NCBI GenBank assembly: GCA_035498015.1
Contig: DATKAO010000154.1
Location: forward strand, 870-64,869
Direction: 5' to 3'
Origin: Myxococcota bacterium
Lineage (GTDB): Bacteria; Myxococcota_A; UBA9160; SZUA-336
DNA length: 64,000 nt
The stretch's first letter is position 1, and each line of letters starts with the position of its first letter. Below are positions 18,094 through 28,978 of this stretch, piece by piece. The notes under the pieces are model-generated. The model had not been told where the DNA came from. It did not search any database and saw only the letters and a program-made list of their open reading frames with translations. A program made the position numbers and the translations under genes.

Positions 18094-18962
18094 TCGACGT
18101 TCAGGACCTGCTCGCGCAGCCTCTCCTGCTCGGTCTTGAGCGCGACCACCGCGCGCGAGAGCTCGGTGTCGGCCGACTTGGAGCCGATCGTGTTCGTCTC
18201 GCGCCCCATCTCCTGCAGCACGAACTCGAGCTTGCGCCCGACCGCACCGGGCGCGTCGAGCGTCTCGCGGAACTGATCCAGGTGACTGCGCAGGCGCACC
18301 GTCTCCTCGGTCACGTCCATGCGGTCGATCTGCAGCACGATCTCCTGCTCGAGCCGGCCCGGGTCGAGCTCGATGGCCGGGGCCAGGGCCGAGAGCCGCT
18401 TCTCGAGCCGCTCGCGCATGCCGCCACGCACCACCTCTACGCGCGCTTCGACCGCGCGCAACTGCGCCTCGATCGCGTCGAGCCGCCCGCGCAGCTCGCG
18501 CTCCAGCGCCTCGCCCTCGCGCGCGCGCATCTCGGCGGCGGCGGCGCAGGCGCGGTCGATGGTGGCCAGCATGCCCGCGGCCAGTGACTCCGCCTCGAGC
18601 TCGGGCTCGCGCAGGCGAGACACTCCAGGAAGCGCCAGCAGCGCCGCGACCTCGAGCTCCTCGGGCTTCGAGAGGCCCTGCGCCAGCTCCTTGGCCGCGC
18701 GCGCGTAGGCGCGCGCCGCTTCGAGGTCGATCTCGAGCCGGGGCGCGAACGCGCCTTCGCGCGGCAGGCGCACGCTGATCTCGATCTGCCCGCGCTCGAA
18801 GTGGCGGCCCGCGAGCGCGCGCACCTCGCTCTCGAGCGCCGCCAGCTCGCGCGGCAGGCGCGCGCGCACCTCGAGGTGGCGCGAGTTCACGCCCCGCACC
18901 TCGGCGGAGATGCCGTCCTGGCTCTCCGCGCGCCCGAAGCCCGTCATCGAACGCCGCGGCAA
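18090..18962 (-). CDS. yicC: YicC/YloC family endoribonuclease
   Basis: [13 protein letters not shown]...[17 protein letters not shown]-terminus and C-terminal DUF1732-like helix. The true start may be the internal MTGFGRA. Confidence 0.8.
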   Translation of the reverse strand: MPRRSMTGFGRAESQDGISAEVRGVNSRHLEVRARLPRELAALESEVRALAGRHFERGQIEISVRLPREGAFAPRLEIDLEAARAYARAAKELAQGLSKPEELEVAALLALPGVSRLREPELEAESLAAGMLATIDRACAAAAEMRAREGEALERELRGRLDAIEAQLRAVEARVEVVRGGMRERLEKRLSALAPAIELDPGRLEQEIVLQIDRMDVTEETVRLRSHLDQFRETLDAPGAVGRKLEFVLQEMGRETNTIGSKSADTELSRAVVALKTEQERLREQVLNVE

Positions 18963-19002
18963 TCTGGCCTCCTACGCATGCTCGTTCTGGATCGGCGCCG
19001 AG

Positions 19003-19917
19003 TCACGCGGCCGCGAGCCCCGAGGTCGCCGGCTCGCCGGCGCCGTGCCAGGCGAGGATCTTGCGGTACTCGGCCGCCCGCCGCCCGCCGAACACGCTGC
19101 CGACCAGGATCTTCGCCATCACGATCGCGCGCAGCGCCGCGTACACCGCGGGCGAGCGGTTCTTGCGGAAGAAGATGTACCGGCTGCGGTAGTACTCGAT
19201 GCGCGTGCGCAGCGGCAGCTTCTTCTTCGTGGACTCTCCGTACAGGTGGATCACGTACGCGTCCGGCAGGTGAAACACCCGCCAGCCGGCCGCGCGCATG
19301 CGGTGACACCAGTCGGTCTCTTCCAGGAAGAAGAAGTAGTCCTCGTCGATCAGCCCGACCTGCTGGATCACCTCGCGGCGCGCGAACAGGCACGCGCCCA
19401 GCACCGCCTCGACCTCGACCGGCGCGTCGTAGTGCACGTTCTTGCTGGGCCAGCGGCGCGGGAAGACACGGCGCAGGAACGACTGACCGACGATCTCGGA
19501 CACCAGCGTCGGCGAGTTGTGGATGCAGTTCTGCTTGGTGCGGTCGGGGTTGAGCAGCTGCGGGCCGACCGCGCCCACCTCGGGGTGCTCGTCGAGGAAG
19601 CGCACGCAGGCCTCGAGCCCGCCCGGCAGCACGATCGTGTCGCTGTTCAACAGCACGGCGTGCCGGCCGCGCATGACTTCGAGCCCGCGGTTGTTGCCCG
19701 CGCCGAAGCCGATGTTCTTGGGCAGCGCCAGCACGCGTGTCTCGGGGAACTGGCGCACCACCGACTCGACCGTGGCGTCGACCGAGCCGTTGTCGACCAC
19801 GATCACCTCGTAGGTGATGCCGAGCTTGGCCTCGCGGATCGAGGCGAGACAGTCGAGCACCAGGTCGCGCACGTTCCAGGCCACGATCACGATCGAGAGG
19901 TCCACCTCGCCGGTCAC
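19003..19917 (-). CDS. Glycosyltransferase family 2 (LPS/core-associated)
   Basis: GTG start at 19917 in a GTGA overlap with the upstream stop. VDLSIVIVAWNVRD...EVIVVDNGSVDATVE...LLNSDTIV. Confidence 0.75.
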   Translation of the reverse strand: MTGEVDLSIVIVAWNVRDLVLDCLASIREAKLGITYEVIVVDNGSVDATVESVVRQFPETRVLALPKNIGFGAGNNRGLEVMRGRHAVLLNSDTIVLPGGLEACVRFLDEHPEVGAVGPQLLNPDRTKQNCIHNSPTLVSEIVGQSFLRRVFPRRWPSKNVHYDAPVEVEAVLGACLFARREVIQQVGLIDEDYFFFLEETDWCHRMRAAGWRVFHLPDAYVIHLYGESTKKKLPLRTRIEYYRSRYIFFRKNRSPAVYAALRAIVMAKILVGSVFGGRRAAEYRKILAWHGAGEPATSGLAAA

Positions 19918-20996
19918 GGCGCGAGCTCCAGCTCGACCGAGCCCTGCCAGTCGCGCTGCGAGAGCGCGGCGCGCGCCTCGGCCAGCACGCGCTGCGGCAG
20001 GAGCCGGGTCATGCAGCGGTGGTCGATCGGACAGACCTTCAGCTGACACGGCGAGCACTCGACCGGCTCGCGCAGCAGCTTGGTGCGCTTCAAGTTCAAG
20101 TTGGTGTAGCCGATCGCGGTCGGACCCATGAGCACGATCGTGGGCACCTCGAAAGCCGCGGCGATGTGTCTCGCGCCGGCATCGTTGCACACCAGGAGCT
20201 GCGCGCGCGCGAGCAGCGACTTCAGCACCGAGAGCGAGAGTGAGTCGCCGCCCAGCAGCGCGAGCGGCACGCCGGCCTGGCGCAGGATCTCGTCGGCCAG
20301 CGCGCCCTCGCCCGGGCCGTGCACGAGCGCCACGTCGGCACCCTCGCCGCGCAGGCTGCGCGCGAGCTCGGCCACGTACTCGAGCGGCCACAGCTTCGAC
20401 GGTCCGAAGCCCGCACCGGGCGCGAGACACACGAGCGGCCGCCCGCCGCCCAGGCCGGCCGCGGCGAAGCGCGAGTCAGCTTCGCGCTCGGCCTCGGGCT
20501 CGAGAAACAGCTCGAGCTGCGTGCCGAGGTCGGGCGCGCCCAGCCGGCGCGCCAGCTCGAGGTAGTAGCGCTCCATGGCCTGCGGGGCGAAGCGGCCGTT
20601 CTCGCGCGGCGCGGGCACGGCAAGGGTGAGCAGGAGCCCGCGCGCGCGGCGCGCGTAGCCGACGCGTGTCTGTGCACGAGTCAGAAAGGCGAGGAGCGCC
20701 CCCGCGAACGAGTTGGGCAGCACGAGCACGGTGTCCGTGCCGCGCAGGCCGCGCGCCACGCGCGCCCGCTCGCGCAGCCGTGCGAGCGCGCCGCGCCGCC
20801 GGTAGATCTCGTGGGCCACGATCCGGTCCACGTTGGGCGAGCCGCGCAGCACGCCCACCAGCGTGTCGCGCACGACGGCCGTGATCTCGGCCTCGGGGCG
20901 GCCGCGGCGCAGCGCGCGCAGAGCGGGCGTCGCCATCACCACGTCGCCCAGGTGATTCGGCAGCACGACCGCAATTTTCTCTTTCGCTACGGCCAC
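19914..20996 (-). CDS. waaF: ADP-heptose:LPS heptosyltransferase (GT9), WaaF-like
   Basis: KIAVVLPNHLGDVVMATPALRAL...GPGAGFGPSKLWPLEYVAELARSL...CNDAGARHIAAAFEVPTIVLMGPT are GT9 signatures. Confidence 0.75.
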   Translation of the reverse strand: MAVAKEKIAVVLPNHLGDVVMATPALRALRRGRPEAEITAVVRDTLVGVLRGSPNVDRIVAHEIYRRRGALARLRERARVARGLRGTDTVLVLPNSFAGALLAFLTRAQTRVGYARRARGLLLTLAVPAPRENGRFAPQAMERYYLELARRLGAPDLGTQLELFLEPEAEREADSRFAAAGLGGGRPLVCLAPGAGFGPSKLWPLEYVAELARSLRGEGADVALVHGPGEGALADEILRQAGVPLALLGGDSLSLSVLKSLLARAQLLVCNDAGARHIAAAFEVPTIVLMGPTAIGYTNLNLKRTKLLREPVECSPCQLKVCPIDHRCMTRLLPQRVLAEARAALSQRDWQGSVELELAP

Positions 20997-21051
20997 TTAG
21001 TCGCCAAGCCCCGGTCGGTTCCCCCGCCTCCTAGATACCCTGCCGGCGGCG

Positions 21052-22080
21052 CTAGAGCAACGCGAGAGCGGCCTCGAGCACGCCCTCGGGCTCGACCGCG
21101 CGCATGCAGGCGCGCGCGGGGCAGCCCTCGCGGCAGGGGTTGCAGCCCACGTCGTGGCGCACGATCCGGTGCGGGACGCCCTGGCTGGGGGCGTTCTCGA
21201 CCGGGTCGGTGGGCCCGAAGATGGCCACCACGGGCGTTCCCGCCAGCGCCGCCAGGTGCATGGGGCCCGAGTCGCAGCCGATGAACAGCCGCGCGCGCGT
21301 CAAAAGCGCCAGCAGCTCGGCCAGTGACTCGGTCGGGGGCGCGAGCGCCGCTGCGCCCTCCGCTGCCGCCACCACCGCGCGCGCCGCCTCGCGCTCCCCC
21401 GCGACCGGGCCGAACGCCACGAGTGTCTCGATGCCGGCGCGCGCGCGCAGCCCGCGCGCCACCGCGGCGAAGCGCTCGGCCTCCCAGCGCTTGTAAGTGG
21501 TCTTGGGGCTCGTGCCCGGGTGGATCAGCGCGAAGCGGCGCGGCAGGTCGAGCTTCTCGGCCAGCGCCGGGTCGAGCGCCAGCACGTTCGGCCGCGCCGG
21601 AACCTCGCCGCCCAGGAAGCGCACCAGGGCCGCGTTGCGCTCGAAGCGCGAGACGTGTCTTTGCGCGGGTGCGCGCTGGGTCGCGAACCAGTGACTCCAC
21701 TCCTTGGCGGTCGGCGCCGCGTAGCCGACCCGCACGGGGATGCCGGCGGCCCAGGCCAGGAAGCCGCTGCGGAACACGCCGTGGAAGTCGATCGACAGGT
21801 CGTAGCGGCGCTCGCGCAGCTCGCGCGCGAGCTCGCGCAAGCTGGTCAGGGCCAGCCACGGGTGGCGGGCGCGCAGCTTGCGCCGCGGCACGACCACCTG
21901 CTCCGACAGACCCGGAAGCGCGATCAGGCCCGCGGCGGCGCGATCCTCCACCAGCCAGTCGATGCGCGCCTCGGGATAGAGCGCGCGCACGCCGGCAAAC
22001 GCCCAGCGCGTGCGCACTACGTCGCCGAGCGCGCCGAGGCGAATCACGAGGATGCGCTCCGCCGGGATGGGCCCTAGCAT
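21052..22080 (-). CDS. waaC: ADP-heptose:LPS heptosyltransferase I (GT9), WaaC-like
   Basis: ILVIRLGALGDVVRT...IHPGTSPKTTYKRWEAERFAAVARGL...CDSGPMHLAALAGTPVVAIFGPTDP. Confidence 0.75.
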   Translation of the reverse strand: MLGPIPAERILVIRLGALGDVVRTRWAFAGVRALYPEARIDWLVEDRAAAGLIALPGLSEQVVVPRRKLRARHPWLALTSLRELARELRERRYDLSIDFHGVFRSGFLAWAAGIPVRVGYAAPTAKEWSHWFATQRAPAQRHVSRFERNAALVRFLGGEVPARPNVLALDPALAEKLDLPRRFALIHPGTSPKTTYKRWEAERFAAVARGLRARAGIETLVAFGPVAGEREAARAVVAAAEGAAALAPPTESLAELLALLTRARLFIGCDSGPMHLAALAGTPVVAIFGPTDPVENAPSQGVPHRIVRHDVGCNPCREGCPARACMRAVEPEGVLEAALALL

Positions 22081-22088
22081 GGTTTGCG

Positions 22089-23210
22089 ATGGTCGCTCCG
22101 CTCCTCCTGTGGCGCTACATGTTCCGCGACATCCTGCTGCACGCCCTGCTGGGTCTGTTCGCGATCATCCTCTTGCTCGTGGTCAGCAACCTCCTGCGCT
22201 TCATGGAGGAGCTGGCGGCCGCCGGGGTGGGCCTCGAGGGCCTGGGGCAGCTGGTGATGGTGATCCTGCCCGCCTACGCCTCGTACGCCCTGCCCTCGGC
22301 GCTGCTGTTCGGGGTGCTCCTGTCACTCGGCCGCATGTCGGCCGACGGCGAGATCGTGGCCATGCGCGCCAGCGGCCTGAGCGTGGCGCGGCTGTTGCCG
22401 CCGGCGCTCGCGCTGGGCGTGATCGCCGCGCTGGCCGCCACCTACATGCTGTTCGAGGTGCAGCCCAAGGCGGCCATGAAGATGCGCGTGTTGCTGCGCC
22501 AGCTGGCCGGATCGATCCAGGTGATCGAGCCCGGGAAGTTCATGGAGTTCGGCGACAAGCTGATGTTCGTGCACTCACTGGGCGGGGCGAGCTGTCCGCT
22601 CGAGGGCGTCTTGATCGGCAGCGCCAGCGAGGAGGAAGGCGGCCGCAGCTTCTACGCGGCCGCGCGCTGCGGCACGCTGGACAGTGACCCCGACGCACGC
22701 TCGCTCGCGTTCCTCATGCACGACGGCTCGATCCACTTCCGCGACCCCGACCCGAGTCACTACCGGCGCATCCGCTTCCACACCATGCGCACCGCGGTCG
22801 ACGTGTCGCAGTACACCGACCCCAAGGTCGGCACGGGTCAGCTCACGTTCCAGGAGCTGATCGCCGCCTGGCGGCTGCCCAAGGACGATCCGGAGCACAA
22901 GCGGCTCGACGGCCGCTACGGCACGGGGCTTTCGGTGCAGATCAACCGGCGGCTGGCGTTCCCGGCCGCGTCGATCTTGCTCGCGCTGATCGCCGTGCCC
23001 CTCGGCATCCGGCCCATGCGCTCGGGCCGCTCCGCGGGCGCGCTCACCGCGATCGTGGTCATGGCGCTGTACTGGATCACGTTCTCGCTGGGCGACATGG
23101 CCTCCACCAAGGGCGTGGTGCCGGCCTGGTTCGGCTTGTGGCTGCCCAACACGCTCGCGCTCGCGATCGGCATCTATCTCATGCGGCGGCTCGGCCGGAG
23201 CGACGACTGA
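22089..23210 (+). CDS. lptF: LPS export ABC transporter permease, LptF/LptG (YjgP/YjgQ) family
   Basis: Starts at the internal ATG at 22089 (MVAPLLLWRYMFRDILLHALLGLFAI...). The listed ORF carries a 255-aa spurious N-terminal extension. C-terminal TM cluster is typical of LptF/G. Confidence 0.8.
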   Translation: MVAPLLLWRYMFRDILLHALLGLFAIILLLVVSNLLRFMEELAAAGVGLEGLGQLVMVILPAYASYALPSALLFGVLLSLGRMSADGEIVAMRASGLSVARLLPPALALGVIAALAATYMLFEVQPKAAMKMRVLLRQLAGSIQVIEPGKFMEFGDKLMFVHSLGGASCPLEGVLIGSASEEEGGRSFYAAARCGTLDSDPDARSLAFLMHDGSIHFRDPDPSHYRRIRFHTMRTAVDVSQYTDPKVGTGQLTFQELIAAWRLPKDDPEHKRLDGRYGTGLSVQINRRLAFPAASILLALIAVPLGIRPMRSGRSAGALTAIVVMALYWITFSLGDMASTKGVVPAWFGLWLPNTLALAIGIYLMRRLGRSDD

Positions 23211-24100
23211 TGCGCGGGCCCGTGCGGCACGTGCCCGCCGGCTACGTGGTGCACCGCGTCGCCGACGCCTATCTCGTGTTCGACGCCGAGCTCGCGTCCG
23301 AGCTCGTGGCGCTGCGGCTGGCCGACCCCGAGGCGCGCAAGCGCCTGTTCGCGCGCGCGCCGCGCCGCGGCCGCGGGGTGGTGCCGAGCGTGTCACTGCG
23401 GCGCGACACGCACGTGGTGCTGCGCCGCTACCAGCACGGCGGGCTGCTCGGCGGACTCACCGGGTCACTCTATCTGGGGCCGGCGCGCGCGCTCGAGGAG
23501 CTGCACGTGACCGCGCGCGCCGAATCCATGGGCGCACCCGTGCCGCACGTGCTGTGTCTGGCGCTGTGGCCGGCGGCCGGGCCGTTCTGGTCGGCGCTGA
23601 TCGGCACGCGCGAGGAGCGGGGCGCGCGCGACCTGCTCGACGCCCTGTTGAGCGCCCCCTCCGCCGAGGCGCAGCGCACGCTCCTGCGCGAGGTGGGCGA
23701 GGCCGTGCGGCGGCTCCACGACGCGGGCGTCGACCACCGCGACCTGCAGCTCCACAACGTGCTGGTGGTCGAGGACGCGGGCCGGCGGCGCATCGTGGTG
23801 GTCGACCTCGACCGCGCCGTGTACCACCCGCGCGGGGGGCTGCCGCCGCGCCTGCGCGCGCGGAACCTGGGCCGACTGACGCGCTCGGCCGTGAAAGCGG
23901 GATTGTTCCGCGGCCCGATCGGCCGCCGCGAGCTGGCGGCGTTCATCGGCGCCTACACGGGCCGCGACCGCAAGCTGCGCGCCGCCCTGCGCGGCTGGAT
24001 GCGCCGCGAGCAGTGGAAGCTCGCGCTGCACCGTTTGGGTTACCGGCTGTCGGGCGAGCGCAGCGCGGCTAGAGCGGCCGCGCCTCTTCGACGAGCATGA
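23210..24100 (+). CDS. kdkA: Kdo (3-deoxy-D-manno-octulosonic acid) kinase / LPS kinase family (KdkA/InaA)
   Basis: ATG at 23210 overlaps the lptF stop (TGATG). [12 protein letters not shown]...[20 protein letters not shown] resembles the KdkA catalytic loop (H-x-D-L-x-x-x-N). Confidence 0.65.
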   Translation: MRGPVRHVPAGYVVHRVADAYLVFDAELASELVALRLADPEARKRLFARAPRRGRGVVPSVSLRRDTHVVLRRYQHGGLLGGLTGSLYLGPARALEELHVTARAESMGAPVPHVLCLALWPAAGPFWSALIGTREERGARDLLDALLSAPSAEAQRTLLREVGEAVRRLHDAGVDHRDLQLHNVLVVEDAGRRRIVVVDLDRAVYHPRGGLPPRLRARNLGRLTRSAVKAGLFRGPIGRRELAAFIGAYTGRDRKLRAALRGWMRREQWKLALHRLGYRLSGERSAARAAAPLRRA

Positions 24101-24254
24101 CCGGGATCCCGTCCTCGACGGGATAGGACAGCCGGCACTTCGGACAGTCGAGTGACTGCTCGGCGCCGTCGGCCGCGCGCTTCACGTCCAGGTCGGCCTT
24201 GCACTTCGGGCAGACCAATATCTCGAGCAGCTCGGGGTCGATGCGCGCGCTCAT
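24069..24254 (-). CDS. Trm112/YcaR family zinc-ribbon protein (UPF0434)
   Basis: [14 protein letters not shown]...[27 protein letters not shown]. 61 aa. The classic partner located beside lpxK/kdsB-type genes. Confidence 0.75.
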   Translation of the reverse strand: MSARIDPELLEILVCPKCKADLDVKRAADGAEQSLDCPKCRLSYPVEDGIPVMLVEEARPL

Positions 24255-25111
24255 GCGTGACCCTGTCCGCGCATCAGCTCGGCCAGCGCCTTCGTCTGCA
24301 TCATGAGCTCCTCGAGCTGGTCGAGCGGAAACTGACTCGCCGCGTCGCACAGCGCCTCGCGCGGGTTGGGATGGGTCTCGAGAAACACGCCGTTGGCGCC
24401 GGCCGCGACCGCCGAGCGGATCAGCACGGGAATGTGCTCGCGCGGGCCGCCCCCGGCGGGGTCGGTGCTGGGAATGCCGTAGCGCCGCACCTGGTGACCC
24501 GCGTCGAACACCACCGGAACGCCGATCTCCTTCATGAGCGGGATCGCCGTCATGTCGGCCACCAGGTTGTGGTAGCCGAACTGCGCGCCGCGCTCGGTGA
24601 GCAGGACGCGCTGGTTCCCGGTGCGCTCGATCTTGCCGACCGGGTGACTCATCGCGCTCGGCGACATGAACTGGCCCTTCTTCACGTTCACCGGCTTGCC
24701 CGACTTGCCCGCGGCGATCAAGAGCGAGGTCTGCTGGCACAGGAATGCGGGGATCTGGATCACGTCGAGCACTTCGCGCGCGGCCGCGATCTCCTCCACG
24801 CTGTGCACGTCGGACAGCACTGGCAGCTCGAACTCCTTGCGGATCCAGGCCAGCATCTCGAGCCCGTCGTCGAGCCCCGGGCCCTGGTAGGAGAGCTCGT
24901 CGCTGCGGTTGTCCTTGAGATAGGACGACTTGAAGATCAGCGGCGTCGAGAGCTTCTCGGAGAGCTTCTTCAGACGCTCGGCGGTCGCGGCCATGAGCGT
25001 CTGGCTCTCGATCACGCACGGCCCGGCGATCCAGGCGAGCGGCAGACCGGCCCCGAGCCGCAAGCGGCCCGACGTCGAATCGCCGATCTCCACGGTCCGT
25101 ATGGGCTTCAC
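24251..25111 (-). CDS. kdsA: 3-deoxy-8-phosphooctulonate synthase (KDO8P synthase)
   Basis: GTG start at 25111. [12 protein letters not shown]...[22 protein letters not shown]...[30 protein letters not shown]...[13 protein letters not shown]. The listed 577-aa ORF is a shadow extension. Confidence 0.9.
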   Translation of the reverse strand: MKPIRTVEIGDSTSGRLRLGAGLPLAWIAGPCVIESQTLMAATAERLKKLSEKLSTPLIFKSSYLKDNRSDELSYQGPGLDDGLEMLAWIRKEFELPVLSDVHSVEEIAAAREVLDVIQIPAFLCQQTSLLIAAGKSGKPVNVKKGQFMSPSAMSHPVGKIERTGNQRVLLTERGAQFGYHNLVADMTAIPLMKEIGVPVVFDAGHQVRRYGIPSTDPAGGGPREHIPVLIRSAVAAGANGVFLETHPNPREALCDAASQFPLDQLEELMMQTKALAELMRGQGHA

Positions 25112-25164
25112 GCGGCCCCCCCCGAGCGTAGGTAGTGTGCCCACGCGACCATCGGACGGGCAGG

Positions 25165-26241
25165 TTAGCGGAGCTGGGCCAGGACCGCAGGCTTCAGGAT
25201 CTGATCTTCGCCTTCGACGCGAAACACGTCGTCGAGCCCCAGGGCGGCCCAGGGAATGATCTCCCCCTCGGGCCCTTCGACCACGAAGCCGGCGTCGCGG
25301 ATCATGCGGTAGGTGGCCACGGCGCCCTTGCCCTTGGTGGTCAGGTAGCCCTCGACGAACAGCGAGTTGGCGGGCCAGAGCGAAAGTGCCTCCAGTGAGC
25401 GCAGGTGTCCCTCGCGGCCGGCGGCGATACGCACCTCGGCGCGCGGGTTGGCCAGCCGCATCATCGCCAGCACGCGCAGCGCGCGCTCCGGCGTGAGTGA
25501 CCCGTCGGACTGCAGCGGGTTGCCCTCGATGGGCAGGAGGAAGTTCACCGGGATCGAGGGGATCTCGAGCCCGCGCAGCTCGAGCGCCACGTCGACCAGG
25601 TCCTCGTCGGCCTCCCCCATGCCCGCGATCAGCCCGCTGCACTGCTCGAGCCCCGCGGCACGGGCCGCGCGCAAGGTGGCCACGCGGTCGGCGTAGGTGT
25701 GCGTGCTGCAGATCTCGGGGTAGCGCCGCTCGCTGGTGTTCAGGTTGTGATTCAGCCGGTCGACGCCGGCCTCCTTCAGCCGGCGCGCCTTGTCTTCGTC
25801 GAGCAGCCCTACCGACACACAAATGCGTACGGGCACCTCGGCGCGGATCGCGCGCACCGCGTCGGCGAGAAACTCGACCTGGCGATCGCTCGGGCCGCGC
25901 CCGCTCGCGACCATGCAGTAGCGGAACGCGCCCGCGGCGTGCGCGCGCTTGGCCTCGGCGATCAGCTCCTCCTTGGGCTTCCACGGATAGGGCCGGAGCG
26001 GCGCGTTCGTGACCGCCGACTGCGAGCAGTAGCCGCAGTCTTCGGGGCAGCGCGCGTTCTGCGCGTTGCTCAGGATGTGCACGCGCACGCGGTTTCCGAA
26101 GCCGTGCTCGCGCGCGACGCGCGCCTCGTGCAAGAGCGGAAGCAGCGGAAGCTCCGCAGTCAACGTGGTGAGCAGCTCCGCGCGCTCGAGCGGGGGGCCG
26201 TGAAGAGAGCGGCGTGCGAGATCCATGAGGCCGCGCAGCAT
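25165..26241 (-). CDS. bioB: Biotin synthase (radical SAM)
   Basis: Radical-SAM motif [11 protein letters not shown] plus [18 protein letters not shown] and [10 protein letters not shown] blocks. Internal ATG start at 26241. Confidence 0.85.
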   Translation of the reverse strand: MLRGLMDLARRSLHGPPLERAELLTTLTAELPLLPLLHEARVAREHGFGNRVRVHILSNAQNARCPEDCGYCSQSAVTNAPLRPYPWKPKEELIAEAKRAHAAGAFRYCMVASGRGPSDRQVEFLADAVRAIRAEVPVRICVSVGLLDEDKARRLKEAGVDRLNHNLNTSERRYPEICSTHTYADRVATLRAARAAGLEQCSGLIAGMGEADEDLVDVALELRGLEIPSIPVNFLLPIEGNPLQSDGSLTPERALRVLAMMRLANPRAEVRIAAGREGHLRSLEALSLWPANSLFVEGYLTTKGKGAVATYRMIRDAGFVVEGPEGEIIPWAALGLDDVFRVEGEDQILKPAVLAQLR

Positions 26242-26326
26242 ATCAGACTCGCGCCCGCGGCTCCGTTTGACCGGCTCGCGCGGGCCGTGACACGCTGACT
26301 CGTCGTCCAACATCGGGGAGACCGCC

Positions 26327-26692
26327 ATGTCGAGCCGCAACGTGATGATCGCGACCTGGCTGGCGAGCGGGCTGCTCGCGGCGCTCTACCTGTTCGCTTC
26401 GTACCCGAAGCTCATGAGTGATCCCCAGGCGGTCGACGGCTTCCACAAGTTCGGCTACTCCGACGGCTTCCGCATGTTCATCGGCAGCTGTGAGCTGCTG
26501 GGCGCGATCGCGCTGCTCGTCCCGCGGCTCGCGTTCTGGTCGGCCTGCGGCCTGTTCATCATCATGCTGGGCGCGGCGCACGCGCACCTGACTCACGACG
26601 AGGCGAGTCATCTGCCGGTGGTGGTGATCGCGCTCGTGCTGCTCGCCTTCGTCGCATCGGTGAGGCGCCAGCAGGCGCTGCTCTTGAGCTAG
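26327..26692 (+). CDS. DoxX family membrane protein
   Basis: Four-helix hydrophobic protein ...LFASYPKLMSDPQAVDGFHKFGY...ELLGAIALLVPRLAFWSACGLFIIMLGA. Its stop shares a CTAG with the convergent lpxK stop. Confidence 0.7.
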   Translation: MSSRNVMIATWLASGLLAALYLFASYPKLMSDPQAVDGFHKFGYSDGFRMFIGSCELLGAIALLVPRLAFWSACGLFIIMLGAAHAHLTHDEASHLPVVVIALVLLAFVASVRRQQALLLS

Positions 26693-27741
26693 AGCTTCGA
26701 GGCGACGAACTCGACCAGCGCCGACGCGGCCTCGCGCTCGACGTCTTCGTCGAGCACGACCAGCTCCGCGGGGCCGGCCCAGGCCGGCGGGATCTTCACG
26801 GCGTCTTTCGCGGTCGTGACCCAGAGCAGCTCGCGGTCCAGCCCGGCGAGATCGGCCGGCGTGTAGACATGGTGGTCGGCGAAGACCCGCCGCGCGCACA
26901 CCTCGGCGCCGAGTGAGTCGAGGTCGCGCGCGAGGCGGTCCGGGCGCGCGATCGCCGCCACGAGCCCCACGCGCGCGCCGCGCAGTCGCTCGAGCGGCGC
27001 CCGCTCGCCACCCGCCAGGGGCCGCAGTCCGAGCTTGCGCAGCGCCACGCGAAACTCGGGCAGGCCCGCGGGGAGTCGGTCGCGGCCCGGCGGCGCAGGG
27101 TCGCCCGGCTCGGCGCGCGTCCAGACCAGCGCGTCGGCGCGCCGCAGCGCCCCGGGCGGCTCGCGCAGCGGACCGCGCGGCAGCACGTGGCCGTTGCCCA
27201 GGCCGAGGCGCGCGTCGAGACACACCAGGTCGACGTCGCGCTCGAGCGGGTGGTGCTGGAAGCCGTCGTCGAGCACCAGCACCTCGGCGCCGAAGGCGGC
27301 GATCGCGCGCAAGCCGATGGCCACGCGCTCGGCTCCGGCCAGCACGGGCACGCCGGGCGCGGCCGCGGCCAGGAGACACGGCTCGTCGCCCACGTCGGCG
27401 GGCGCGGCGAGCACGCGCTCGCCGTCGGACACCACGTTCACCCCGCGCGTGCGCCGGCCGCCGACGCCGCGCGAGAGTAGCGCCACCTTGCGCCCGCGCG
27501 CGCGCAGCTCGCGCGCCAGGAACGCCGCGACCGGTGTCTTGGCCGATCCGCCCACCGCCAGGTTCCCCACGGACACCACCTGCGCGGCCAGGCGCGTGCG
27601 CCGGCGCCAGCCCGCGTCGTACACGAGTCTGTGCAGGCGTGCGCCGGCCGCGTACAGAAGCTCGGCCGCCGCCAGCGGCGCCAGCGCGAGGCGCTGTGCG
27701 GGTGACTCGTGCACGCGCCACAGGAACTCGAGCTCGGGCAT
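26689..27741 (-). CDS. lpxK: Tetraacyldisaccharide 4'-kinase
   Basis: VVSVGNLAVGGSAKTPVAAFLAREL P-loop and ...VLVLDDGFQHHPLERDVDLV. Confidence 0.85.
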   Translation of the reverse strand: MPELEFLWRVHESPAQRLALAPLAAAELLYAAGARLHRLVYDAGWRRRTRLAAQVVSVGNLAVGGSAKTPVAAFLARELRARGRKVALLSRGVGGRRTRGVNVVSDGERVLAAPADVGDEPCLLAAAAPGVPVLAGAERVAIGLRAIAAFGAEVLVLDDGFQHHPLERDVDLVCLDARLGLGNGHVLPRGPLREPPGALRRADALVWTRAEPGDPAPPGRDRLPAGLPEFRVALRKLGLRPLAGGERAPLERLRGARVGLVAAIARPDRLARDLDSLGAEVCARRVFADHHVYTPADLAGLDRELLWVTTAKDAVKIPPAWAGPAELVVLDEDVEREAASALVEFVASKL

Positions 27742-27745
27742 CGAG

Positions 27746-28978
27746 TCAGCCCCTCGCCTCGGTCACGAGCGCCAGCACGCGGTCGGTGGCGCCGCGGTGC
27801 TCCTCGAGGCGCTTCGCGGCCTCGCGCGCGGGCGCGTTGCGCTCGGGGTCGGCCCACAGCTCGCGCAGCACGCGCTCGAGCTCGGCCGCGTTCTCGATCG
27901 CGTGCAGCACGCCGAACGGGCCCAGCAGCGCGACCTGCGTGCGCTGGTTCTGCACGTTCGGACCGTGCACCACCACGCGCGCCGCTTGCACGGGCTCGAT
28001 CAGGTTGTGACCGCCGATCGGCGCGAGACTCCCGCCCACGAACACCAGGTCGGCCAGGTGGTAGAGACTCGCGAGCTCGCCCACGCTGTCCACGATCACC
28101 ACGTCGGCGTCGGCGGCGCCCTGCGTGCGCAGGCCGACGCGCGCGCCGGCGCGCCGCACGGTGTGGGCGACCTCGGGCACGCGCTCGGGGTGACGCGGTG
28201 CGAGCACCAGCCGCAGCTCGGGCGCGCGCGTGGCGCGCAGCCGCTGCCAGGCCGAGACCAGCGCCTCCTCCTCGCCCGGGTGGGTGCTGCCGCCGATCAG
28301 GAACGGGCCGCGGCCCAGTGAGTCGCGCAGCGCCTCGCTCGGTTCGGGCGCGCGCGGACGGTCGAGCTTCAGGTCGCCCACCACCGATGCGCGCGCGTCG
28401 GGCGCGCCCAGCGCCACGAAGCGCGCCCGGTCGAGCTCGGCGCGCGCGCCCACCGCGTGGAGCTTCGCGAGCAGCGGCGCGAAGAAGGGCGCGAACAGCC
28501 GGTAGCGCGGGAAGCTCCGGTCCGAGATGCGCCCGCCGGCCACGATCACGCGCACGCCGCGTGCCGCGGCCGCCGAGATCAGGTTCGGCCACAGCTCGGT
28601 CTCGATCAGCACCAGCACCGAGACACGCGCGCGCGCCAGCGAGAGGTGCACGAGCCCGGGCAGGTCGAGCGGGGCGATGCGCGTGCGCACGCGCGGCAGC
28701 ACGTTGCGCAGCCGGCTGCGCCCGGTCACCGTGACTGCCGTGACGATCACGGGCAGGCCGCGCTCGACCAGCCGCGCGACCAGCGGCGCCGCCGCCTCGA
28801 CCTCGCCCACGCTCGCGGCGTGCACCCACACCGTGCCGGCCGGCATGCGCGGCAGCGGGCGCAGTCTCTCGAGCACCGAGCCCAGCGGCCCGAACGCGCC
28901 GAACAGCGCCGCGACCACGAGGAACGGCGCCGCCAGCAGCGCGAGCGGCAAAAGGAGCAGGTCGTAGGCGAAGATCAC
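27746..28978 (-). CDS. waaA: 3-deoxy-D-manno-octulosonic acid transferase (Kdo transferase, GT30)
   Basis: VWVHAASVGEVEAAAPLVARL...ETELWPNLI...VFVGGSLAPIGGHNLIEPV are WaaA/KdtA signatures. Confidence 0.85.
   Translation of the reverse strand: MIFAYDLLLLPLALLAAPFLVVAALFGAFGPLGSVLERLRPLPRMPAGTVWVHAASVGEVEAAAPLVARLVERGLPVIVTAVTVTGRSRLRNVLPRVRTRIAPLDLPGLVHLSLARARVSVLVLIETELWPNLISAAAARGVRVIVAGGRISDRSFPRYRLFAPFFAPLLAKLHAVGARAELDRARFVALGAPDARASVVGDLKLDRPRAPEPSEALRDSLGRGPFLIGGSTHPGEEEALVSAWQRLRATRAPELRLVLAPRHPERVPEVAHTVRRAGARVGLRTQGAADADVVIVDSVGELASLYHLADLVFVGGSLAPIGGHNLIEPVQAARVVVHGPNVQNQRTQVALLGPFGVLHAIENAAELERVLRELWADPERNAPAREAAKRLEEHRGATDRVLALVTEARG

Noticed and set aside
21324-22088. 255-aa N-terminal extension of the lptF ORF (starts at 21324), overlapping waaC on the opposite strand
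   Set aside because: The extension is Arg/Pro/Ala-rich and antisense to waaC. The ATG at 22089 gives a canonical LptF/G N-terminus, 8 bp after the divergent waaC start.
24255-25984. N-terminal parts of the 316-aa (24069..25019) and 577-aa (24251..25984) ORFs
   Set aside because: Only the C-terminal 61 aa (Trm112) and 286 aa (KdsA) have family signatures. Upstream portions are low-complexity. The internal starts are confirmed by ATGA overlap and by a GTG preceded by a plausible spacer.
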